Positions 19,856 through 28,868 of a stretch of 64,000 nt of DNA are shown here, in pieces (within the stretch, counting starts at the first letter, position 1; each line of letters opens with the position of its first letter). The stretch is from Nitrosopumilus sp. Its GTDB lineage: Archaea > Thermoproteota > Nitrososphaeria > Nitrososphaerales > Nitrosopumilaceae. The DNA lies in assembly GCA_013911135.1 (NCBI GenBank), contig JACERO010000070.1, positions 15,263-79,262 of the forward strand, given 5' to 3'. The translations under genes were made by a program, and so were the position numbers. The notes under the pieces are model-generated. The model saw nothing but the letters and a program-made list of their open reading frames with translations, was not told where the DNA came from and did not search any database.

Positions 19856-20320
19856 TTATGCAGCTTGTGATATTCGTTTGTTTAATTCTTTATCTTGAGC
19901 AATTCGTGGATGTTCTGGATCTGCCAAGATAACTTCAAACCAATAGTGCTTTCCATCTTTGTAGATATAGTAAGAACCCAAAAGTTTCATGTTTGGATAT
20001 CTTTCAAGAACTCTTCTTTCAGCAACTGTCTGCATATTGTCATCTGCTTTGATTCGTGTAACACCAAGATGTTTTGGTCGTCTTCCACCGGTTGGTCTTT
20101 GTTTTCTCATACCACCAGTTCCAACTCTCATTCGGACAACAATAATTCCTTGTTTTGCTTTGTAGCCTAATCTTCTAGCCCTTTGCAATCTGCTTGGCTT
20201 TTCGATTCTCGTAACAGCATTTTGTTTACGCCACCTAACTACACGCTCACGTAGTTCAGGAGCATTTTCTTTCCAAAGTCTGATCCATATCTTGTCTTGA
20301 TGACTAGGCATATCGGGCAT
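19856..20320 (-). CDS. rpl15e: 50S ribosomal protein L15e
   Basis: RIEKPSRLQRARRLGYKAKQG, RPKHLG, AERR..YPNM..LGSY and WFEVIL.DP.HP motifs. Confidence 0.96.
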   Translation of the reverse strand: MPDMPSHQDKIWIRLWKENAPELRERVVRWRKQNAVTRIEKPSRLQRARRLGYKAKQGIIVVRMRVGTGGMRKQRPTGGRRPKHLGVTRIKADDNMQTVAERRVLERYPNMKLLGSYYIYKDGKHYWFEVILADPEHPRIAQDKELNKRISQAA

Positions 20321-20490
20321 AGTAAAATCCCCTTTAATAACTGAATATCAAGAAAAACTAGGTATCACTAATCAATTAAAATTTTCCTTGAGTGATGGTT
20401 CACAACCCACACACCAAAAAATTTGCTTCCGCAGAAAGTCCGATAGTTCAAGTACATCAAAGCCGTTAAAAAGGATTTCTCAGTATTGAT

Positions 20491-21183
20491 TTGAGATTTT
20501 TATTGAGTAATACTAGCAAATCAATAATGAAAGCAAGAATTGTGATTTTGCCCATAATTTTTGCAATGAGTTTTGTATTTTTACCAGTTGTGCATGCAGA
20601 GCCCTCAGTTAACATCATAATGGAAAAAACAACATACAGTTATTGTGAAAAATTATTCTTCATAATTGAAGTTTCAGAGATTACAGGAGAGTCTGCAATT
20701 ATTCATATCAGAGATGAGGCAGGCAAAGAAAGTAGTGCAATTCCAATTCAAATTTTAAATTTGCAAAATCCAGTTCCACCGTTAATTGCTTTTGAAGCAG
20801 AGATATTTCTGCTGGGGAAATATTTTATTGATGTAGAATATTCAGGTGCAGAATTTACATCAGAATTTAATTTAATTGAGTCAGATAATATTTGTATTCC
20901 AGGAGTAATCAAACAGTTTTTGATTGAATGGCTCAATAATAAAATGTCAGACGGATATCTAATTGATGCATTTCAGAAATATGTAGATATAGAATTAATT
21001 GATATACCTTTTGAAATCAACGATGAAAATATTCTCAAAATAGACATACCAGATTGGACAAAAAATGTAGGATATTGGTGGGTTCAAGGAGTAATTTCAG
21101 ATAAAGACTTTGCTCAAGTGATAAATTATCTCATTGATAAAAATATTATTTCGCCAGCAATAGGAATTGAAAATGAAATATGA
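20491..21183 (+). CDS. Secreted protein with a C-terminal WWxxG repeat (probable start about 20527)
   Basis: Signal peptide ending VVHA; IPDWTKNVGYWWVQGVISDKDFAQVINYLIDKNII. Confidence 0.65.
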   Translation: MRFLLSNTSKSIMKARIVILPIIFAMSFVFLPVVHAEPSVNIIMEKTTYSYCEKLFFIIEVSEITGESAIIHIRDEAGKESSAIPIQILNLQNPVPPLIAFEAEIFLLGKYFIDVEYSGAEFTSEFNLIESDNICIPGVIKQFLIEWLNNKMSDGYLIDAFQKYVDIELIDIPFEINDENILKIDIPDWTKNVGYWWVQGVISDKDFAQVINYLIDKNIISPAIGIENEI

Positions 21184-21695
21184 ATAAGCATTCAATCATC
21201 ACAATAATAGCAATAATAGTTATTGTCATACCATTTGCTCATTCTGGATTGAGTATTGTTGGTACACAACAATTAGAATACAGATGGGATAGTCCTGGAG
21301 AATTTACTTTTTTTACAATGCTAAATCAAGGAGAAATGGAATTTTGCAATGCAATGCCATTTTGGGCTAGTTTTCAAAAATTTGAAATAGCATCATTTTA
21401 TCAGTCTGAACAATTGGGTTCATTTACAGTACAACCATTAACAATCAATCCATATTCTTCAGTAGTACAAGAGGGAATTTTTTCATCAGAAGAGATTACA
21501 GAAGCTCAGCATATTTTTATGACTTTTGATTTTATGTTTAATGGCGGAAATATCAGACTTGATCCTAATCAGTTCATCATTCTAATAACTACACATACCC
21601 CAATATTAGGAATCATTCCTTATTCATCTACAACTCAGATTTCAGGATTTGAATTTGATAAAATGATGAATGCTGAAGATTTATTGTGTGGCTGA
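21180..21695 (+). CDS. Conserved hypothetical membrane-anchored protein
   Basis: N-terminal hydrophobic helix; 4-nt overlap with the upstream gene; coding-like composition. Confidence 0.55.
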   Translation: MNKHSIITIIAIIVIVIPFAHSGLSIVGTQQLEYRWDSPGEFTFFTMLNQGEMEFCNAMPFWASFQKFEIASFYQSEQLGSFTVQPLTINPYSSVVQEGIFSSEEITEAQHIFMTFDFMFNGGNIRLDPNQFIILITTHTPILGIIPYSSTTQISGFEFDKMMNAEDLLCG

Positions 21696-22532
21696 TTTTT
21701 TTCTCGTATCAGCTCTAGATATTAGAGCCAAAATAATTCCAATAGCTGCTGCAATTCCAAATGCTGCAATGGTTCCAATAACTAATTCTGAACCTAGTCC
21801 TTTTACAGTAATTTCAGGTGACTGAGGTGTTGATGTAAGAACACAAGCATCATCTTTGAGAACAGTTCCAGGGCCACATCTTTCATCTAGTACACAAGCA
21901 TCATCTTTGAGAACAGTTCCAGGGCCACACTGAGTTTTTGGCGTATCATCAACGGATGGTGTTTCTTCAACTGGTGGTTCTTCTACAGGTGTTTCTTCAA
22001 CTGGTGGTTCTTCTACAGGTGTTTCTTCAACTGGTGGTTCTTCTACAGGTGTTTCTTCAACTGGTACAGTGTCACCAAAGACTGAACCAATAATTTCTAC
22101 CTCTTCAGTTCCTGATGGTAATTCAATGCTCAAAGTTCTACTTTGAGTAGTTGTTTCAGTTTCAGTATAACTTGGTTCATCACCATCTGCTAAAATAATA
22201 AAATCATCATCTAGTCCTTCAAAAATAGAATCAAAGAAAGATCTATCAAATGTAATATCTAATGTTCCAGGAGAATCAGTTACATCAACAGTAAGAATCA
22301 GGGAAATAAAATCTAAATCAGCTTCAACTCCAGATACAGTCATTCCTGTAACAGTATAATCAACATCAAATGAGTTTCCTTCAATATCTACAGACATTGT
22401 TTCTGCATAGACTAGTGCTGAAGAAAGTAGTGTAAACAATATCAAGCCAAGTGAGATTTTTAATAGAGAATTAACACTAGGCGAATACTTTAGTTTTTCA
22501 GATTGCAAATTATCCATTCCGTGGTAATTCAA
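21681..22532 (-). CDS. Surface protein with an acidic domain, Pro/Glu stalk, Cys-pair repeats and a C-terminal TM
   Basis: Signal ending LVYA, ILADGDEP domain, (ETPVEEPPVE)n, CGPGTVLKDDACV twice and a C-terminal hydrophobic helix. Confidence 0.7.
   Translation of the reverse strand: MNYHGMDNLQSEKLKYSPSVNSLLKISLGLILFTLLSSALVYAETMSVDIEGNSFDVDYTVTGMTVSGVEADLDFISLILTVDVTDSPGTLDITFDRSFFDSIFEGLDDDFIILADGDEPSYTETETTTQSRTLSIELPSGTEEVEIIGSVFGDTVPVEETPVEEPPVEETPVEEPPVEETPVEEPPVEETPSVDDTPKTQCGPGTVLKDDACVLDERCGPGTVLKDDACVLTSTPQSPEITVKGLGSELVIGTIAAFGIAAAIGIILALISRADTRKKSATQ
21841..21929. repeat. 51-bp-period duplication encoding CGPGTVLKDDACV
   Basis: acacaagcatcatctttgagaacagttccagggccaca occurs at 21841 and 21892. 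Confidence 0.9.
21958..22065. repeat. Perfect 30-bp tandem repeat, three copies plus a partial copy (ETPVEEPPVE)
   Basis: ggtgtttcttcaactggtggttcttctaca starts at 21958, 21988 and 22018, with a partial copy at 22048. Confidence 0.95.
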
Positions 22533-22646
22533 TACGATATGAAATCCTCCAAATGGGTGTTAAAAAGAATGAGACGATAATAAATCACGTACAAGTCAAG
22601 CTTTTTTGCTTATTTTTAAAGTTTAGGCAGAAATTATACTAAAAAG

Positions 22647-23579
22647 CTAGATAACGCCTCGAAGTATTTGGATAATCTTCTCAGCAATTACATTTGCAGC
22701 CAAAGATTGTGCTTCTTTTGTTTGGGCACCAATATGTGGTGTTAAAATTACATTATCTAGTTCTGCCAATTTGCTTCCAATTGCTGGCTCTTTTTCAAAT
22801 ACATCTAAAGCTGCACCACCCAAAGTACCATTTTTGAGGGCATCATAAAGTGCATCTTCATCAACAACACCACCTCTAGATGTATTGATAATTTTTGCAG
22901 TCTTTTTCATTGTAGACATTTTTTGAGCATCAAGAAGATGATATGTAGAATCTAACAATGGAACATGTATTGAGATATAATCAGAACTTTGCAAAAGAGT
23001 GTTCAAGTCAGCTTTCATTAAACCAACTTCTTTTGAGAATTCCTCATCAATAGGAATTACATCATATCCCATAATATTCATGTTAAGTGCACGTGCAAGT
23101 CTTCCCAATCTTTTCCCAATGTTTCCTAAACCAATAATTCCAAGATATTTTCCTCTAAGTTCTGTTCCCTTCAATTCTTTTTTGAGCCATTTTCCATTTC
23201 TAATTTCTCGATCACCTCTAGCAGTTTGTCTTGCCAAAGACAACATCAAACCTAAGACTAATTCAGCTACGGCATTCATTGCACCCTCTACTGCATTAAT
23301 GACACGAATATTTTTTGCCTTGGCTGTTTCTTGATCAATGTTATCAAGTCCAACACCAACACGTGCAATAATCTTACAATTTTCTGCCTTTTCGATCATC
23401 TCTTTGGTAATAGTGGTTCTACTTCTAACAATTACAATATGAAAATTAGAAATCTTTTCTAGAATCTGTTCAGCAGTAATAGTAGGTTCGTAGGAAACTT
23501 TCAAACCGTTATCATTTAAGATTTTGTTGAGTATTGGATCTACCTCATCACAAATTAAAACAGACTCATCAAAACCCAT
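22647..23579 (-). CDS. serA: D-3-phosphoglycerate dehydrogenase / D-2-hydroxyacid dehydrogenase
   Basis: RVGVGLDNID, GLGNIG, HVPL, NTSRGGVVDE, LDVFE.EP and TPHIGA motifs. Confidence 0.85.
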   Translation of the reverse strand: MGFDESVLICDEVDPILNKILNDNGLKVSYEPTITAEQILEKISNFHIVIVRSRTTITKEMIEKAENCKIIARVGVGLDNIDQETAKAKNIRVINAVEGAMNAVAELVLGLMLSLARQTARGDREIRNGKWLKKELKGTELRGKYLGIIGLGNIGKRLGRLARALNMNIMGYDVIPIDEEFSKEVGLMKADLNTLLQSSDYISIHVPLLDSTYHLLDAQKMSTMKKTAKIINTSRGGVVDEDALYDALKNGTLGGAALDVFEKEPAIGSKLAELDNVILTPHIGAQTKEAQSLAANVIAEKIIQILRGVI

Positions 23580-23656
23580 GCATGATTGCCTTTATTCACC
23601 GAATATAATCATTATGAGTTAAAATAAAAAAAATAGAAAAAGATTGAAGTTAGTAC

Positions 23657-25066
23657 CTATCTATAGGGTACTGGTGGTAATGTTGGTATTACTTCCCATA
23701 AAGGAATCATACCTGCATCGATCATTTCAGAAGCAACTTCGTCAGTGTAAAGACCGTGAACATTTACTGCTGGATGTGCAATACTATTCATCCCCATTGG
23801 TGGGACAGCATCGCTTGGATTACCTAATGCATATGCATATGATGGTACAGGATCAGTTAAGATACCTGCATCGACCAATCTTGGATTCAATCCAAATGGA
23901 TCACCTGCAATGAAAAGACCAATTCCGCCAGTGTAAATTGCTGCATAGTCATGGTTTACGAGTGCATAAGCTCCTGGTTCATCAAATATCAAATCCACAA
24001 TCATGTTCTGTGAACCACCAAGCAACCATGTTTCAGTTGCTGCTGATTGAACTCTATTGCCTTGTGTAACTCTGTCCAAGATTTCTCCAACAATGTGGAA
24101 GAATACTGGCTCGTTACCATGATTCTCAATGAAGAGTCTCACGTGTTGATCATTTTCAACATACAATAGTTGTGATTGGTACTGCTTGTTTTCAAGACCA
24201 TTCCATGGTTGTGCTACAAAGATGTTTTTGTCTGCATCACCCTTTAGAAGGATGTTGTGTAACATGTTTGGAACATAACTGAATTGCATTCCATTAACGA
24301 CTGTTGCAGAGTTATGATGTTGGAACATTGCTCCGGCATCATAGTTGCCATCGTCGTTCAAATACAATTGGTTGAATTGCAGTGTGAACTCTAATGCATC
24401 TGCATCGTAGAACATTCTGTCTAATTCACCGCTGCCGCTTGTCTTCTCTACCATTAATTTCTTGTATCCATCTGCTGGATCAACAATTGTAATTCCGTAC
24501 ATGCCGGAAAATACGTGTTGGTCCATTCCAATTAGGTGGACACCAGAACAGTGATATTTGAAAACACCTGCGGATTCAGCAATGTAACAGTATTGACTTG
24601 TTTCTCCAGGATTAACGGAGTCAAAAGTCAATGCTGAGATTTGTGATGCGTGCATATCGTTACCGTGACCAGTAACTTCATCAGCTGCGATGGTAAGTGT
24701 CATTTGTACAACGTCACCTTGTGTAACTCTTAATGTTGGTCCTGGGACTTGTCCATTAAAGGTCATGGCGTTGTAAGTTTTTCCTCCCATAATTGGAAGT
24801 TCAACACTTTCACCAGTGAGATTGAACTCAACTACGTTGCGTCCAGTATCTGCAAGTGCACCACAATCAGTTTCTGCGAATGCTTGAGGCATTACTAGCT
24901 GTAAACCGCCCATATTACGAATTTGGTTCATCATATCCATGTCCATTTGAGACATGTCGATGGATTGTCCGCTAATTTGGGTTTGTGTGTATGTGCTTCC
25001 GAATAAGGTTGCTCCCATTACAGCTACTGCTGCAATTGTAAAGAGCATACTAACACGCTTATTCAT
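23657..25066 (-). CDS. nirK: Copper-containing nitrite reductase (archaeal NirK)
   Basis: Signal peptide, FNGQVPGPTLRVTQGD, HGNDMH, YHCSG..DQHVFSGMYG, FHIVGEILD and LVNHD copper-site motifs typical of AOA NirK. Confidence 0.92.
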   Translation of the reverse strand: MNKRVSMLFTIAAVAVMGATLFGSTYTQTQISGQSIDMSQMDMDMMNQIRNMGGLQLVMPQAFAETDCGALADTGRNVVEFNLTGESVELPIMGGKTYNAMTFNGQVPGPTLRVTQGDVVQMTLTIAADEVTGHGNDMHASQISALTFDSVNPGETSQYCYIAESAGVFKYHCSGVHLIGMDQHVFSGMYGITIVDPADGYKKLMVEKTSGSGELDRMFYDADALEFTLQFNQLYLNDDGNYDAGAMFQHHNSATVVNGMQFSYVPNMLHNILLKGDADKNIFVAQPWNGLENKQYQSQLLYVENDQHVRLFIENHGNEPVFFHIVGEILDRVTQGNRVQSAATETWLLGGSQNMIVDLIFDEPGAYALVNHDYAAIYTGGIGLFIAGDPFGLNPRLVDAGILTDPVPSYAYALGNPSDAVPPMGMNSIAHPAVNVHGLYTDEVASEMIDAGMIPLWEVIPTLPPVPYR

Positions 25067-25089
25067 AATGCAACGTGACTTACGATTCC

Positions 25090-25096
25090 TATATAA
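25090..25096 (-). promoter_or_regulatory. TATA box of nirK
   Basis: TTATATA on the minus strand 24 nt upstream of the ATG at 25066. Confidence 0.55.
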
Positions 25097-25177
25097 TAAT
25101 TGTCATTCCCTATGTTGAGAAATTATGAAACTATCTGAAAAAGAATGAATAATAGGAGATAATGTGATAAAGTCAGC

Positions 25178-26539
25178 ATGAAATTTAGATTAGACCAAGA
25201 TTCACTTGGAAAAGTCAAAATCCCAGCTGACGCATATTATGGAGTATTTACTGGAAGAGCAATTAAGCAATATCATGTTACAGGAAACAAAAGCCATGAA
25301 AATTTGATAAAGTCATTTGTAATGATTAAACGTTCTGCAGCATTAGCAAATATGAAGACAAAATCTATCGATACAAAACGTGGAAAAGCCATAGTTTCTG
25401 CATGCGATAAAATCTTGTCTGGAAAATATGTTGATCAGTTTGTAGTAGATATGATCAACTCGGGTGCAGGTACTGCATTTAACATGAATTCTAATGAGGT
25501 TATTGCAAATGTTGCACTAGAAGTACTTCATAAAAAGAAAGGACAATACCAGTTCTTACATCCAAATGATCATGTCAACATGTCACAATCAAGTAACGAC
25601 ACATACCCAACTGCTATGCATGTTGCAATTTTGATGAATCTTAAAGAGACAATTCCAGCTATTGATATTTTGATAAAGTCACTATCTAAAAAAGCAAGAC
25701 AATTTTCATCATTTAAGAAAATTGGAAGAACACATCTAATGGATGCATTACCAATAACACTTGGTAGTGAATTTGCAGCTTATGTTACATCAATTACCAA
25801 AGCAAGAAATGAAATTATTGCAGCACAAAAGGAATTACAAAATGTTGCTCTTGGAGGAACAGCTGTAGGTTCGGGTGCAAACACACCAAAAGGTTACAGA
25901 AAGATTGCAATATATGAACTTGGAAAAATTTCTAAACTTCCACTAAAACCTGAAAAAGATATGCAGTATGGTTTACAAAGTAAATTTGCAGTTTCAAATC
26001 TGTCAGGTTCTTTACGAAACTTGGCACTAGAAATTGGAAAGATTGCAAACGATATCAGACTAATGGCATCAGGTCCAATTGCAGGATTAGCAGAACTTGG
26101 AATTCCTGCAGTGCATACAGGTTCATCCATCATGCCTGGAAAGATAAATCCATCTTTAGCTGAATGCATGAACATGATTTGTTTTAACATAATTGGAAAT
26201 GATACAGCAGTTTCTTATGCTGCACAAAGTGGACAGTTTGAACTCAATGTTATGTTACCTGGAATGCTAAAGTGTATGCTAGAATCAACAGATATGTTCA
26301 AAAATTTCTTGCCAATATTTTCTGCAAATCTAATTGATGGACTTACTGCAAACAAAAACAAGTTACGTAAAGACATTGAAAATAGTCCAGTAATCGTTAC
26401 ATTGCTAACTCCAAAAATAGGATATCTAAAATCTGCAGAACTCTTCAAAGAATCACTAAAAACTGGAAAGACTATCAGAGAATTAGTTGTCTCAAAGAAA
26501 CTATTGAGTAACAAAGAAATCGATTTTCTATTTGGATAG
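25178..26539 (+). CDS. Aspartate ammonia-lyase / class II fumarase family lyase
   Basis: DSLG, GAGTAFNMNSNEV, HPNDHVNMSQSSNDTYPT, GRTHLMDA, GSSIMPGKINP and ELNV. AspA cannot be separated from FumC by eye. Confidence 0.9.
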   Translation: MKFRLDQDSLGKVKIPADAYYGVFTGRAIKQYHVTGNKSHENLIKSFVMIKRSAALANMKTKSIDTKRGKAIVSACDKILSGKYVDQFVVDMINSGAGTAFNMNSNEVIANVALEVLHKKKGQYQFLHPNDHVNMSQSSNDTYPTAMHVAILMNLKETIPAIDILIKSLSKKARQFSSFKKIGRTHLMDALPITLGSEFAAYVTSITKARNEIIAAQKELQNVALGGTAVGSGANTPKGYRKIAIYELGKISKLPLKPEKDMQYGLQSKFAVSNLSGSLRNLALEIGKIANDIRLMASGPIAGLAELGIPAVHTGSSIMPGKINPSLAECMNMICFNIIGNDTAVSYAAQSGQFELNVMLPGMLKCMLESTDMFKNFLPIFSANLIDGLTANKNKLRKDIENSPVIVTLLTPKIGYLKSAELFKESLKTGKTIRELVVSKKLLSNKEIDFLFG

Positions 26540-26542
26540 ATT

Positions 26543-27809
26543 ATGGCAAAGATTTTCGTAGAGGCTTATGGATGTTCAGCAAGTTTTGCAGATTCAGAGA
26601 TGATTTCAGGGCTGATTCTAAATGGAGGTCATACTTTAGTTGATAACTCTTCAGAATCTGATCTAAATATTGTAGTTACATGCTCAGTCAAAGATGCAAC
26701 CGCAAACAAGATGATTCATAGAATAAAATCATTAAAATCAAAACCATTAGTTGTAGCTGAATGCTTTTCAAAAGCAGAAAAGGGCACTGTGGAAAAGTTC
26801 TCAGAAAATGCTAGTTTAATGGGACCAAACTCACTAGGAATGACACTACAGATAATTGATTCAACACTAAATGGAAAAAAACTAATTGCATTAGAAGACT
26901 CTGATTTATCAAAGGTAGGGCTTCCAAAAGTCAGACTAAATCCAGTAGTTGGAATTGTAGAGATTGCAAGTGGATGTATGAGTGAGTGTACATTTTGCCA
27001 GACTAAATTATCCAAAGGCGATCTTTCAAGTTATAGATTAGGAGATATCGTTAGACAAGTCCAAACAGAAATCAAGAAGGGTGTAAAGAAGTATGGTTGA
27101 CATCTACAGATAATGGATGTTATGAATTTGACATTGGAACTGACTTACCATCACTAGTAAATGCAGTTGTAGAAATTCCAGAGGACTTTATGATTAGAGT
27201 TGGCATGATGAATCCAATGTATATGCCAAGAATCAAAGAAGACTTGGTTGAATCTTTTGATAATAACAAAGTCTTCAAATTTCTCCACATTCCAGTACAA
27301 AGTGGTAGCGACAAAGTACTTCACGACATGAAAAGAGGTCACACTGTAGGTACTTTTAGAGAAATTGTGAAAAAAGTAAAAGAAAGATTTGGAGACTTTA
27401 CCATTTCAACTGACATCATAGTTGGCTTTCCTTCAGAAACTGAAGAAGACTTTCAAAAAACAGTAAATCTACTTGATGAAATAAGACCAGATGTGGTAAA
27501 TCTTTCCAAGTATAGTAGAAGACTAGTACAGAAGCAGCTGAATGGGAACAAATTGATGTTGCAGAAGTTAAACGAAGAAGTAAGATAATTTTTGAACAGA
27601 TCAGCAAAACATCGATAGAGAATAACAAAAAGTGGATCGGTTGGACAGGTAAAGTTCTATTTGATGAAAAGACAAATGAAGGCATCAAAGGTAGAAACTT
27701 TGCATACAAGCCTGTATTTGTCTGAAATGAAGTAGACATTGGTCAACACTATACAGTTGAAATTACAGATGTTACTGTAAACAGTCTTCTAGGAAAGATC
27801 GCAAGCTAA
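26543..27809 (+). pseudogene. tRNA methylthiotransferase (MiaB-like, MtaB/e-MtaB type), disrupted
   Basis: YGCSAS..DSE, TCSVK, IASGCMSECTFC (CxxxCxxC), HIPVQSGSD..L..MKR and a TRAM-like tail. Frameshifts near 27075 and 27520; in-frame TGA at about 27722. Confidence 0.85.
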
Positions 27810-27882
27810 ATTTTTTAGATCTAAAATTTGATTAAAAAAACGTAAGAAGGTTTTTTATCTAATTCAAAGAATAGGATCTGAA

Positions 27883-28833
27883 ATGAGTTTTCAAGTGAAA
27901 GAACCAATTCTAGTCATAGGTTTAGGTGGCATAGGCTCAAAATTAGCAGTTAAAGCAAAAGATTCCATTAATTCTGATTGTCTAATAATTAGTAATGATG
28001 CAAAAGATTTCTCATCAGAGAATTCATCTATTCACGTTTCAACAGATTCAGTGGTTAATCCATCTGTTCAATTAATCAGAGGTTCAACTTACAAGGTTAC
28101 CGACGAAATAAAATCAAAGATTGCAGGTTACTCTACAGTAGTTTTAATGAGCAACTTGGCTGGAAAAGCAGGCTCAGCTATGGCACCTGTAATATCAGAG
28201 ATGTGTAAAGAGTCAGACACAGGGTTGATTTCATTTGCAATTATGCCTTTCAAGTATGAAAAAGACCGAATTTTTAATTCTGGAATATCCCTAAAAAGAG
28301 TTAGAGAAAATTCTGAATGCACCATTGTTCTTGATAATGATTCGTTACTTGAGAGTAATCCAGATTTGAGTCCTAAAGCATGCTATGATATTGCAAACTC
28401 TGCAATTATGCACGTAGTAAAATCACTTGGTTCATCTGAACTATCTGCTGAGACAAACATACTCACTACAAGCAAAGATGGACAAAATATTGAAGATTCG
28501 CTAAGAGATTCATTAAAAATGCTCTATGAAAATGCGCCACCAAATGCAATAAAACGTTCAATGTTGTATGTAGTTGGAGGAAGTAATATTCCAGTAGGAG
28601 TCTTAAACTCAATTACAAATCTTACAAGTGGGATTCTAAATGAAAGTAATTCACAAGTAGACATGATATCAACTTTGGATGAATCCAAAGTAGTAATGTT
28701 ATCATCCATTCAAGGAATGACAAAATTTGACAATTATGACCCACTTGGGATGATTCCACAAGAAGATACACTTGATTGGTCTACACCAGACTGTAGTATT
28801 GATTGTAAATTAGATCTATACCAATTAGAATAA
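27883..28833 (+). CDS. ftsZ: Divergent thaumarchaeal FtsZ-like protein
   Basis: VIGLGGIG, AIMPFKYE and IVLDNDSL. The tubulin signature is degenerate (NLAGKAGSA). Confidence 0.8.
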   Translation: MSFQVKEPILVIGLGGIGSKLAVKAKDSINSDCLIISNDAKDFSSENSSIHVSTDSVVNPSVQLIRGSTYKVTDEIKSKIAGYSTVVLMSNLAGKAGSAMAPVISEMCKESDTGLISFAIMPFKYEKDRIFNSGISLKRVRENSECTIVLDNDSLLESNPDLSPKACYDIANSAIMHVVKSLGSSELSAETNILTTSKDGQNIEDSLRDSLKMLYENAPPNAIKRSMLYVVGGSNIPVGVLNSITNLTSGILNESNSQVDMISTLDESKVVMLSSIQGMTKFDNYDPLGMIPQEDTLDWSTPDCSIDCKLDLYQLE

Positions 28834-28868
28834 AATAATTTTTTAAAATTATAATTTTTAGAAAGGAA

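Noticed and set aside
20420-20445. gcagaaagtcc resembling the RNase P RNA GAGGAAAGUCC motif
   Set aside because: The match is imperfect, the available region is too short, and the other conserved P4 strand is not seen.
21958-22065. 30-bp direct repeats as a possible CRISPR array
   Set aside because: The repeats are contiguous with no spacers, are in-frame within a CDS, and there are no cas genes.
23657-25066. Horizontal acquisition of nirK based on higher GC
   Set aside because: There are no flanking repeats, tRNA or mobility genes, the sequence is AOA-type, and expression-linked codon bias explains the composition.
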